The notes beneath the pieces were generated by a model, which made no database searches, was not told where the DNA came from, and saw nothing but the letters and a program-made list of their open reading frames with translations. 64,000 nucleotides of DNA from an uncultured Spirochaetota bacterium (GTDB lineage Bacteria; Spirochaetota; Spirochaetia; SZUA-6; CAVTHK01), in contig CAVTHK010000007.1 in NCBI GenBank assembly GCA_963734495.1, positions 1 through 64,000 on the forward strand, in the 5' to 3' direction. Positions 19,785 to 28,797 of the stretch are shown in pieces. Position 1 is the first letter of the stretch; each line of letters begins with the position of its first letter. The position numbers were made by a program, and so were the translations under genes.

Positions 19785-20870
19785 CTAGTAGATGTACCCG
19801 TGCTCCTCGACCGCGAGGCAGACGGCCTTGAGGTTCGCGAACGAGGTGCCCGGGTTGATGCTGCCGGCGGAGCACACCACGAGGTGCCTGCCGGGGCCGG
19901 CCTGCGCTATGTCGCGGCGAACGCAGGCGGCGACGTCCTCCGGCGACCCGTAGAGGAGCACCTGGGTCGGCGGGATCTGGCCGAACACCACCGCGTCGGG
20001 CAGGCGGCTCAGGATCTGGGCCGCGTCGATGTACGGATCGATGTTCACGGCGCTCACGCCCATTTCGCGGAACGCGTCGAGGTGGTGCAGCATGTGGTAG
20101 TCGGCGTGGTAGTAGCGCAGGTCTCCGGGGTCAGGGGAGTAAAGGTCGTAGAGCTCCTTTTCCGCGGCCATGATCTGCTCGCGGTACATCGCGGGCGAGA
20201 GCATGCCGGCGAGGTCGCTGGCAAAGGAGAACCCGTGCCGCTCCGCCGGATAGCCGGTAATCGCGCGCATCTCGCGCACGTAGCGCTTCGACGTCTGGAG
20301 CCAGCACGCGACGAGCTTCGCGATCTGATCCGGGTCCGTCGCCGCCCACGTCATGTAGTTCGTGATGCCGCAGATCTGCCCCAGCATCGTGGCGCAGCCC
20401 TTGATGGAATCGCCGTAGGTCAGAGCGACTCCGAAGTCCCTGCGGATCCTTTCCCGCCACTCGAGGTAGCTCGGCACCAGCCCCTGCTCGAGCAGATCGG
20501 CCCCGGCCATGCGGTCGGCCAGCGCGTCGATCTCGGAGGGATCGCCGACCACGGGCGCAAGCGTGGGCGTCGCCGATGACTCGTAGTGCACGGCGCCGCC
20601 GTAGACGGAAGCGTCCATGATCACGCCGAAGTCCACGGAGGGAGGGATCGGAAGGCCCAGCTCCTTCTCCGTGATCGCGCTGCAGCGCTGCCTGTGCTCC
20701 TGCTGGTAAGCGTACTCGGAAAAGTAGCGCGCGTTGTCCAGCCCGAGGTGCTGGCAGACCCAATCGCCTGGAAGGGTGATCTCGACCGGCACTCTCGGGA
20801 TACCCGGGCCCAGGGTGCGGCAGCGCGCATTGACCTCCCAGAACCGCTTCATGTCGATGCTGGCCTTCAT
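19785..20870 (-). CDS. Uroporphyrinogen decarboxylase/CIMS-like family protein (not HemE)
   Basis: SDLAGMLSPAMYRE, GQIPPTQVLLYGSPEDV, INPGTSFANL; lacks the HemE MRQAGR motif. Confidence 0.8.
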   Translation of the reverse strand: MKASIDMKRFWEVNARCRTLGPGIPRVPVEITLPGDWVCQHLGLDNARYFSEYAYQQEHRQRCSAITEKELGLPIPPSVDFGVIMDASVYGGAVHYESSATPTLAPVVGDPSEIDALADRMAGADLLEQGLVPSYLEWRERIRRDFGVALTYGDSIKGCATMLGQICGITNYMTWAATDPDQIAKLVACWLQTSKRYVREMRAITGYPAERHGFSFASDLAGMLSPAMYREQIMAAEKELYDLYSPDPGDLRYYHADYHMLHHLDAFREMGVSAVNIDPYIDAAQILSRLPDAVVFGQIPPTQVLLYGSPEDVAACVRRDIAQAGPGRHLVVCSAGSINPGTSFANLKAVCLAVEEHGYIY

Positions 20871-20955
20871 TCTTGCCCCCCCTGCACTCTATCAGGAAGC
20901 GGGCGCGGGAAACCAGCCGCAGGACTCCGCGGGACTCCGCGGGGCCGACCGATGC

Positions 20956-20984
20956 TTGCCAAGTCGCGCCCGACCGCCTACCAT
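20956..20984 (+). promoter_or_regulatory. Sigma70-type promoter, leaderless configuration
   Basis: TTGCCA-17-TACCAT, 6 nt before ATG 20991; no SD. Confidence 0.6.
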
Positions 20985-20990
20985 CGGCCC

Positions 20991-22197
20991 ATGGCCCGAA
21001 ACGCCTGTCGCGAGCATCGAGATCCGCGCTATCACCGGTGAGGAACGGGCCGCGTTCTTCGATCTCCTGCGCTATTCGTTCCGCACCTGGACGTCGCAGC
21101 CCGCCGCCGAGGAAGACCTCGCCGGGATCGTGCCCGAGCAGACGCTCGGCCTCTTCGTCGGCGGGCGGCTCGCGTCCGCGCTGCGGATTCACAGCTTCGT
21201 GCAGTCGGTGCGCGGTCAGCTCAGGAAGATGGGCGGCATAGCCGCGGTCGCGACCTACCCCGAGCACAGGGGCAAGGGGCACGTGAGCCGGCTCCTCGAA
21301 AGCGCCTTTGTCTGGATGCGCGAGCACGAGCAGCCGGTGAGCATGCTGCACCCCTTCCGCGAAAGCTTCTACCAGCGCTACGGCTATGTGGCGACCGCGA
21401 CCCCGCTCGAGATCGAGATACCGACTCATGCCTTTGTCCACTATCTCGATCGGAAGGCCGAGCCCGACCTCACGGTCGAGCGGCTGCGTCCTCTCGAAGC
21501 GCGGCCCGCCTACGAAGGCTTCCTGCGCGAGATGGCGCGAGGCGTCAACGGCTTTGTGCTCCACGACCGCCTGCCGGACAGCCAGTGGCTCGCTCAGTAC
21601 AGGGATTGGCTGTATCTCCTGGTCAGGCGCGGCGACGCGGTCGTCGCGGCCGCCCGGTACGAGAAGCGCGGCGAGAAGCTCAACCGCGGGACCCTGCATT
21701 TCCGCGAGCTCTTCTGGCGCGACTCATCGGGCCGCGATGCCCTCTTTCGCTTCATCGCCGCGCACAGGGACAACGCGGAGAGCGTGATCCTGGAGGTGCC
21801 CTCCGACGCTCCCGTCCAGAGCTGGGTCTACGACACGATGAGCCCCTTTAAGCTCGTCATGGACGAGAAGCCCTGGATGCCGCGCATCATCGACGTGCGC
21901 AGCGCGCTGGCCGGCCAGGCGGTTCCGGGGGACGGCCGGGTCGTCGCGCGGATCACGGACGAACGCTGCCCATGGAACGCGGGCCTGTTCCGGCTGGAGG
22001 CCGCCGACGGATGGCTCACGGTCGCACCGGGCGCGGGCGCGCCTGCGGTTTCGCTCGACATCCGCGCGCTCTCCGCCCTGCTCTACGGCAGCCTGGACTG
22101 CGCCGAGCTGACACGGCGCGGCTGGATGAGCGGCGACGGCGCTCTCCTCGACCGCTGGTTCCCCCGGGCGCCGTTCTTCTGCTCGCTGCGGTTCTAG
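20991..22197 (+). CDS. Eis-family GNAT acetyltransferase with SCP2-like C-terminus; probable 1-nt indel just after the ATG
   Basis: GIAAVATYPEHRGKGHV, SMLHPF..SFYQRYGY, DERCPWNAG, LSALLYG. Confidence 0.88.
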
Positions 22198-22224
22198 AGC
22201 GGCCGAACGCGGCCAGCGGCCGCC

Positions 22225-22254
22225 TTGACCGCACACGGGCCCGACCGCTACGAT
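22225..22254 (+). promoter_or_regulatory. Sigma70-type promoter, leaderless configuration
   Basis: TTGACC-18-TACGAT, 7 nt before GTG 22262; no SD. Confidence 0.55.
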
Positions 22255-22261
22255 CCGCGCC

Positions 22262-24327
22262 GTGAGCAACTGGTGGTCAGATCGTCCTCTGCGCATCTAT
22301 CATCCGAACGCGAGGGAATTCGAATTCGGAGAGATCGACGCGGACGCGCTCGTCCGCGACTCGCTGGCAGCTTCGGCGGAGGCAGTGGTCGTGTCCGCGG
22401 GCGGGATCTACGCGTTCTACCCGACCCGGGTCCGCTTCCACTACGTCAGCCCGACAACGCGAGGCCGCAACGTCATCGGCGAGATCGTCGAGCGAGCCCA
22501 CGGCCAGGGCCTCAAGGTGATCGCGAGGCTGGACTTCTCGAGGGCCAGGGAAGACGTCTACGCCGCACACCCCGAATGGTTCGAGCGGGCCCCCGGCGGC
22601 GAGCCGCGGCGGATAGGGGCCATGTTCGCGACCTGTCCGCTGGCAGGATACCAGAACGAGGAGTTCGCGTTCGGGGTATTCCGCGAGCTGCTCGAGGAGC
22701 AGAACGTCGACGGGTTCCACCTGAACGCGCACGGGTTCTCCCACGTATGCCACTGCGCGACGTGCGCAAGGGGCTTCGGGGCGCCGATACCCGGCGACGA
22801 GCCGGCCGAAGCCGACGCCCGCGAGCGATTCCATCTCTGGCGCTGCGAGGCACTGGCCGTCGCACCTGCGGAGGTACCACGACCTGATCCGGTCGATTCG
22901 CCCGGACGCCTTTCTGATGGGCGAGCACGCCGGCGAAGAGTACCCCGAGTGGGCGTTGCGGTCCGCGTACGACCTGCCGTTGCTCGGGGACGCGTTCAGC
23001 CAGATGCTGGCGAGCTCCGGCGGGATGGCGGCCGACCGCCGCTCGCGCTGGTGGGCCGCCATGACCGCGGACCGCATCGCCGGCACCGGTGCCCGCCCGA
23101 TCATCAACAACAAGCTGCAGATGCGCGACGTCCGGCTGACGCACGCGGCGCTGCCTCCGGTCGAGTCCGAGTTCCAGTGCTGGCAGGCGCTTGCCCACGG
23201 CGCCGGGCTCAAGCTGGTGACGTTCGGGGTGCCGCGCACGCTGGCCGATCCGAGGCTGATGCGGTCGGTGGCGACCGTGTTCGGCTTCATGCGCGAGCAC
23301 GACCGGCTGCTCGCCGGCTCCGAACCGGTGACCCCCGCGGCGCTCGTGTCGCCCGACCGCGCGCTGCTGCGCGCCGCGGCTGCCGGCTCCGGCGGGGCGG
23401 ACCGTCTCCGCGCCGAGTTTCGCGGGCTCTACGACGGGCTGACCTCCCTGCACGTTCTCTTCGGCGTCATCCCTGACACTCGTCTGCGAGAGCGATCTCC
23501 TCGCCCGCTACCGGCTGGTCGTGATCCCGGGGCTCGCCGGCGACCTGGACGATCACGCAGCGGCCGCGGTCTCCGACTATGTCGCAGGCGGAGGCAGGCT
23601 CCTGCTCACCGACACACTCGTCCGCGATCGGGCCGGGAAGCTGCGCGGGATGCGTCCCTCACTGGAGGCGCTCTTCGAGCTGACGGCGGGCGGCGATGCG
23701 GCCCGGGCGCTCTACGCGGTGAGCCGCGCCGCGCCCACGCTGCTGCCGCTCGACTGCGAGTTCCGCAGCGTCACCACGCGCGCACCGGTCCTGGTCACGG
23801 ACGCCGCCGCAGAGGAATCGCCGACGCCCGAGGAGTTCGCTACCGTCCGGCCCGGCCCTCATCCTCTCGTGGTGCAGGCCGCTCGCGGACGGGGGACCGC
23901 AACCTACTGCGCCTTCCCCCTCGGCGGGGCTATCTGGAGTCTTCCCCACGTCGATCTGCTCGACCTGCTTCGGGATCTCGCGGCGCCTGCGGGTGCCGAA
24001 GACGTCGCGCTCAGGACGAGCGCTCCAGGCTGCGTCGCGTTCACCCTCGCCCGCTTCTCGGGAGGGCGCCTTCTGCATCTCGTGAGCTCCGCCGGGGTCG
24101 CGCCTCTCGCGGAGCCGGTGCGTCTGGGTCCGTTCGACGTCAGGCTGCCCGGCCCCCGCCCCCCAGGGGCGACGCTCTTCGCCCCCGGAGAAGAGGCGGT
24201 GCCCCTGCGCACGGTTGCGTCCGGAGGCGGGTTCACGCTGAACATCCCGGGGCTCGCTCAATACGGGCTCGTGGTGATGGAGGACGGTCCGGCGCGCCGC
24301 CCTCGCCGCGGCGGCTCGGCCGGTTGA
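22262..24327 (+). CDS. Putative glycoside hydrolase (GHL6-like TIM barrel with beta-galactosidase trimerisation-like region); frameshifts near 22860 and 23500
   Basis: AGGIYAFYPT, HGQGLKVIARLDFS, AHPEWF, VDGFHLN, CHCATC; three consecutive ORF segments. Confidence 0.72.
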
Positions 24328-24352
24328 CGGGACGGAACGCGGCCGTCACGAT
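24324..24352 (+). promoter_or_regulatory. Sigma70-type promoter, leaderless configuration
   Basis: TTGACG-17-CACGAT, 6 nt before ATG 24359; no SD. Confidence 0.5.
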
Positions 24353-24358
24353 GGGCGT

Positions 24359-25252
24359 ATGAAACGGATCGGACGGCAACACATCACCTACGCGTTCGGA
24401 CGCGACGCGCACCCCGTGGCGCAGGCGGCCGCGGGCGAGACGCTGGTGTTCGAGACGCTCGACGCTTTGGGCGGGGCGGCCCGGACGCACGAGGAGGCGC
24501 TGCGCGTCTCCCTGCCGCGCGAGCGGGCGAACCCCGCCACGGGCCCGGTCTTTGTCGAAGGCGCTCACCCCGGCGACACTCTCGTCGTCGAGCTGCTCCA
24601 GATCAAGCTGGGGGCTCAGGGCCTCGGGAGGGTCAAGAGCGGAGGGGTCATCCTGCGCGAGCTCAAGCCTCCGGTTGCCAGGCTCACGCCCATAGAAGAC
24701 GACCGCGTGCGCTTCAGCGAGACCCTGTCGTTCGCCGCCCGTCCCATGGTGGGCGTCATCGGCGTGGCGCCCGAGGACAAACCGGTGGCCACGTTCTATC
24801 CGGGGCCCCACGGCGGGAACCTCGACATCAACGCGTTCCACCCCGGCTCGAAGATCTACCTGCCGGTCGGCGTCGAAGGCGCGCTCCTCGCTCTCGGCGA
24901 CGTGCACGCGAGCATGGGCGACGGCGAGCTGACGGGAGGCGGGCTGGACATCGAGGCCGAGGTGACCGTCGAGATCGGCATCCGGCGGGGCATCGGCTGG
25001 CGGTGGCCGGTCATCGAGACGCGCGACGCCTGGTGCACCTGCTTCTGCGCGCCGGCGCTGGCCGACGCGATCCGCGGGGCCACGAGCCTGATGACGACGC
25101 TGCTGGCCGGCAGGCTCGCCATGAGCCGCGAGGAGGCCTTCATCCTGATCGGGGCGGCGGGCGATGCCCGCATCGGCCAGGCGGCCGAGCTCGGGATGGA
25201 CGCGACGGCGTACCTCATGGTGAGCAAGGAGATACTGCCCGCCGCGTTTTGA
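24359..25252 (+). CDS. Acetamidase/formamidase family protein (paralog 1)
   Basis: NPATGPV, PMVGVIGVAP, HGGNLD, GDVHASMGDGE. Confidence 0.93.
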   Translation: MKRIGRQHITYAFGRDAHPVAQAAAGETLVFETLDALGGAARTHEEALRVSLPRERANPATGPVFVEGAHPGDTLVVELLQIKLGAQGLGRVKSGGVILRELKPPVARLTPIEDDRVRFSETLSFAARPMVGVIGVAPEDKPVATFYPGPHGGNLDINAFHPGSKIYLPVGVEGALLALGDVHASMGDGELTGGGLDIEAEVTVEIGIRRGIGWRWPVIETRDAWCTCFCAPALADAIRGATSLMTTLLAGRLAMSREEAFILIGAAGDARIGQAAELGMDATAYLMVSKEILPAAF

Positions 25253-25326
25253 ACGCTATCGGCTGGACCTGCGGCGAGCAACGCCCGCGCCTTCGGGTGT
25301 ATGATGCCGCCGCCAAGGAGGAGAGG

Positions 25327-26688
25327 ATGCGTTCGTTTCCCAAGGATTTCGCGCTGGGCGTTTCGACGGCCAGCTACCAGATCGAAGGCGCCTGGCGGGA
25401 GGACGGCAAGGGCGCAAGCATCTGGGACGCCTTCTGCCTGATCCCCGGCAAGGTCGAGGACGGCAACACGGGCGAGGTCGCCTGCGACCACTACCACCGC
25501 TACCCCGAGGATGTCGCGCTCATGAAGAGCCTCGGCATCCGCAACTACCGCTTCTCCCTGGCCTGGCCGCGAATCCAGCCCACGGGCCGCGGAGCGGCGA
25601 ATCCGCGCGGCATCGGGTTCTACGACCGCCTCATCGACAGCCTCCTGGCGAACGACATCAGGCCGTGGGTCACGCTTTACCACTGGGACCTGCCGCTCTC
25701 CCTGCAGGTGGAACGCGACGGGTGGCTCAACGCCGACGTGGCGGATTCTTATGCCAGCTACGCCGCCCTCTGCTTCACGGCCTTCGGAGACCGGGTCAAG
25801 AACTGGACGACGTTCAACGAGCCGTGGGTCTCTTCGGTCCACGGCTACGGCACGGGCCGGCACGCCCCCGGGCGCGTGGCGCGCGACGAGCCCTACGTCG
25901 CGGGACACAACATCCTGCGCGCCCACGCGCGAGCGGTGGACCTCTACCGGCGGGAGTTCCAGCCCAAGCAGAAAGGGATCGTCGGCATCACCCTGAACTC
26001 CGACTGGCGCGAGCCGAAGACGAGCAAGCCGGGCGACGTGGCCGCGGCGCAGCGATCGCTCGAGTTCCACCTCGGCTGGTTCGCCGACCCCGTGTTCCTG
26101 GGCGATTACCCCGCGGTGATGAGGGAGTGGCTCGGCCACCGCCTGCCCGAGCTCTCGGCCGAGGACAAGGCCCTCCTGCGCGGCTCGGCCGATTTCTTCG
26201 GCATCAATCACTACCGCACCCAGTACGCGGCCCAGGCCCGGGGGCCCGGGTCGCCGCTGGGCACCTACTGGGACGATCACCTGGTCGAGCTGAGCCAGGA
26301 CCCCGCCTGGCCCAGGAACGACACGGGCAATGTCGTGCCGTGGGGCGTAACGAAGCTCCTGCGGTGGATCGACGAGCGCTACGGGAGGCCGCTCATCATC
26401 ATGACGGAGAACGGCTGCTCGCTGCCCGAGCCGGACTACGAGACTGCGCGAAACGACGTCCGCCGCATCGAGTGCATCTCGTCCTGCCTGGGCGGGTGCC
26501 TCGACGCGGTCGATGCCGGGGTCAGACTGGGGGGATACTTCGCCTGGTCGCTTATGGATAACTTTGAGTGGTCCTTCGGCTACACGAAGCGCTTCGGCCT
26601 GGTCTACGTCGACTACGCCAGCCAGAAGCGGCTTCCCAAGAAATCGGCCGAATGGTTCGCGGGCGTGGCGCGCGCGGGAGGCCTGTAG
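25327..26688 (+). CDS. GH1 beta-glucosidase
   Basis: FPKDFALGVSTASYQIEG, CDHYHRY, TFNEP, MTENG, WSLMDNFEW; AGGAG RBS. Confidence 0.96.
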   Translation: MRSFPKDFALGVSTASYQIEGAWREDGKGASIWDAFCLIPGKVEDGNTGEVACDHYHRYPEDVALMKSLGIRNYRFSLAWPRIQPTGRGAANPRGIGFYDRLIDSLLANDIRPWVTLYHWDLPLSLQVERDGWLNADVADSYASYAALCFTAFGDRVKNWTTFNEPWVSSVHGYGTGRHAPGRVARDEPYVAGHNILRAHARAVDLYRREFQPKQKGIVGITLNSDWREPKTSKPGDVAAAQRSLEFHLGWFADPVFLGDYPAVMREWLGHRLPELSAEDKALLRGSADFFGINHYRTQYAAQARGPGSPLGTYWDDHLVELSQDPAWPRNDTGNVVPWGVTKLLRWIDERYGRPLIIMTENGCSLPEPDYETARNDVRRIECISSCLGGCLDAVDAGVRLGGYFAWSLMDNFEWSFGYTKRFGLVYVDYASQKRLPKKSAEWFAGVARAGGL

Positions 26689-26734
26689 GCGCGGGCCTCC
26701 AGGCGTCCGGCCCGCCGCCCGCAGGAGGACAGGC

Positions 26735-27466
26735 ATGCGGACCACGGGGAACGCGGTGCTCATCACCGGGGGGACGTCGGGGATCGGGTTGGGCCTGGCG
26801 GAGCGCTTTGCCGCCGCGGGCAACAAGGTCATCATCTGCGGGCGCCGGGCGGATCGTCTGCGGGCGATCGGCGCGAAGACCTCGAGCATCGTCACGAGGG
26901 TCTGCGACGTCGCGGACGAGCGTCAGAGGGAAGATCTCGCCTCGTGGGCCATCGGCGAGCATCCCGACATCAACGTCCTGATCAACAACGCGGGCATACA
27001 GCTCCTCGCCGACCTCGCCGCGCCCGACATGGCGCAGATCCGCGCCGAGATCGAGACCAACCTGATCGCGCCGCTGCACCTCGCCGGCCTCTTCGCCCGG
27101 CACCTCGCGGCGAAGACCCCCGCCGCCATCGTGAACATCTCCTCGGGGCTCGCCTTTGCGCCGATCGCGTCGATGCCGGTCTACTGCGCCACCAAAGCGG
27201 CGATCCACTCTTTGACCCTTTCGCTGCGCCGCCAGCTCAGGGACACTGGAGTCAAGGTGTTCGAGGTCATCCCGCCTTCGGTCGACACGGAGCTGGGCGG
27301 CGGCCGGCGATCCGACCCCCGGCAGACTCACGGAGGCATGCCGATAGCTGACTTTGTCGACGGCACCTTCCGCGCCCTGGCGAACGACGAGCTCGAGGCG
27401 GCGATCGGCGGCGCGGCGGACCTTCGGGCCGGCAGGGAGACGCTCTTCGATCGCATGAACCGCTGA
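26735..27466 (+). CDS. SDR-family oxidoreductase (DltE-like)
   Basis: TGGTSGIG, NNAGIQ, SSGLAF, YCATK. Confidence 0.92.
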   Translation: MRTTGNAVLITGGTSGIGLGLAERFAAAGNKVIICGRRADRLRAIGAKTSSIVTRVCDVADERQREDLASWAIGEHPDINVLINNAGIQLLADLAAPDMAQIRAEIETNLIAPLHLAGLFARHLAAKTPAAIVNISSGLAFAPIASMPVYCATKAAIHSLTLSLRRQLRDTGVKVFEVIPPSVDTELGGGRRSDPRQTHGGMPIADFVDGTFRALANDELEAAIGGAADLRAGRETLFDRMNR

Positions 27467-27659
27467 TGAACCGCTGATCGCTCGCCGCGCGTGACGCCGG
27501 CGACCCGGCACCCCGCCGGCGCCCGCCCGCCCCGCCACCCCGCCGCGGTCGCCCCGGCGGGGCTTACCGCGGGCGACCTCCCCTGGTTACCTTTGAAGCG
27601 GCCTCGTGAGAGCCAAGCAATCGCGACAGCGAAGGCAGCCCCGCGGGGCGGAGGCATCG

Positions 27660-28785
27660 GTGAGCAACAACCCCTTGAAGGGACTGGCAGCGCTCGGCCA
27701 GTCGATCTGGCTGGACTACATCCGCCGCGACCTGATCTCCAGCGGCAAGCTGCGCCGCCTGATCGAGGACGACGGCCTGCGGGGCATGACCTCGAACCCC
27801 GCGATCTTCGAGAAGGCGATCGTCGACAGCCACGACTACGACGAGGACATCCGGCTCATGACTCTCGCGGGAAGGGACGTCATGTCGATCTACGAAGAGC
27901 TCTCCAGGCGCGACGTGCAGAGCGCCGCCGACGAGTTCCGTCCCGTTTTCGAGGCGACCGGCAGCCGGGACGGGTACGTCAGCCTGGAGGTCAATCCGCA
28001 CCTGGCGCACGACACGCGGGGCACGATCGACGAGGCCCGGCGGCTGTGGGGTGCCCTGAACCGGCCCAACGTCTTCATCAAGATCCCGGCGACGGACGAA
28101 GGGCTGCCGGCGGTCGCCGAGCTGATCGGCGAGGGGATCAACGTCAACGTGACGCTGCTCTTCGGCCTGCCGCGCTATCGACAGGTGGCGGATGCGTACG
28201 TCGCCGGGCTCGAGACCCGGTCGGCGCGAGGGGAGCCCGTGAGGCACGTGGCTTCGGTCGCCAGCTTCTTCCTCAGCCGCATCGACGTGCTGACCGATGC
28301 CCTGCTGGAGGACGCGATCGACGCGCGGCGGCGCAAAGGCAGAGGTCGCGAAGAGCCTCTACGGCACCGTCGCCATCTCGAGCGCCAAGGCCGCCTACCA
28401 GATCTACAAGGAAGTGTTCGACGGGGAGCCGTTTCGCGGCCCTGGCCCGCGAAGGCGCGCAGACCGCAGCGTCTGCTCTGGGCCAGCACCGGCACCAAGA
28501 ACCCGCGCGTTCAGCGACGTCAAGTACATCGAGTCGGTCATCGGGCCCGACACGGTCAACACGGTGCCCGTCGAGACCCTCGACGCCTACCGCGACCACG
28601 GCAAGCCCGAGGCGCGCCTCGAGCAGGACCTCGACGAGATGCGCCGGGTGCTCGAGCGGCTTCCGGACCTCGGGATCGACATCGACCAGGTGACGAGACG
28701 GCTCGAGGACGAAGGCGTGGAGAAGTTCAACAAGCCCTTCGACAAGCTGCTCGAGACGCTCGCCGCGCGCCGCGCGGCGGCCTGA
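27660..28785 (+). CDS. tal: Transaldolase (type 2); several frameshifts 28325-28510
   Basis: GQSIWLD, GMTSNPAIF, VSLEVNP, IKIPAT, NVTLLF, ASFFLSRID, LWASTGTK, TVNT, EGVEKF. Confidence 0.93.
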
Positions 28786-28797
28786 CAGCCGCGCGCG

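Noticed and set aside
27455-27478. Tandem ATGAACCGCTG duplication at the SDR stop codon
   Set aside because: Two 11-bp units only; simple slippage or assembly artefact, and no element lies between them.
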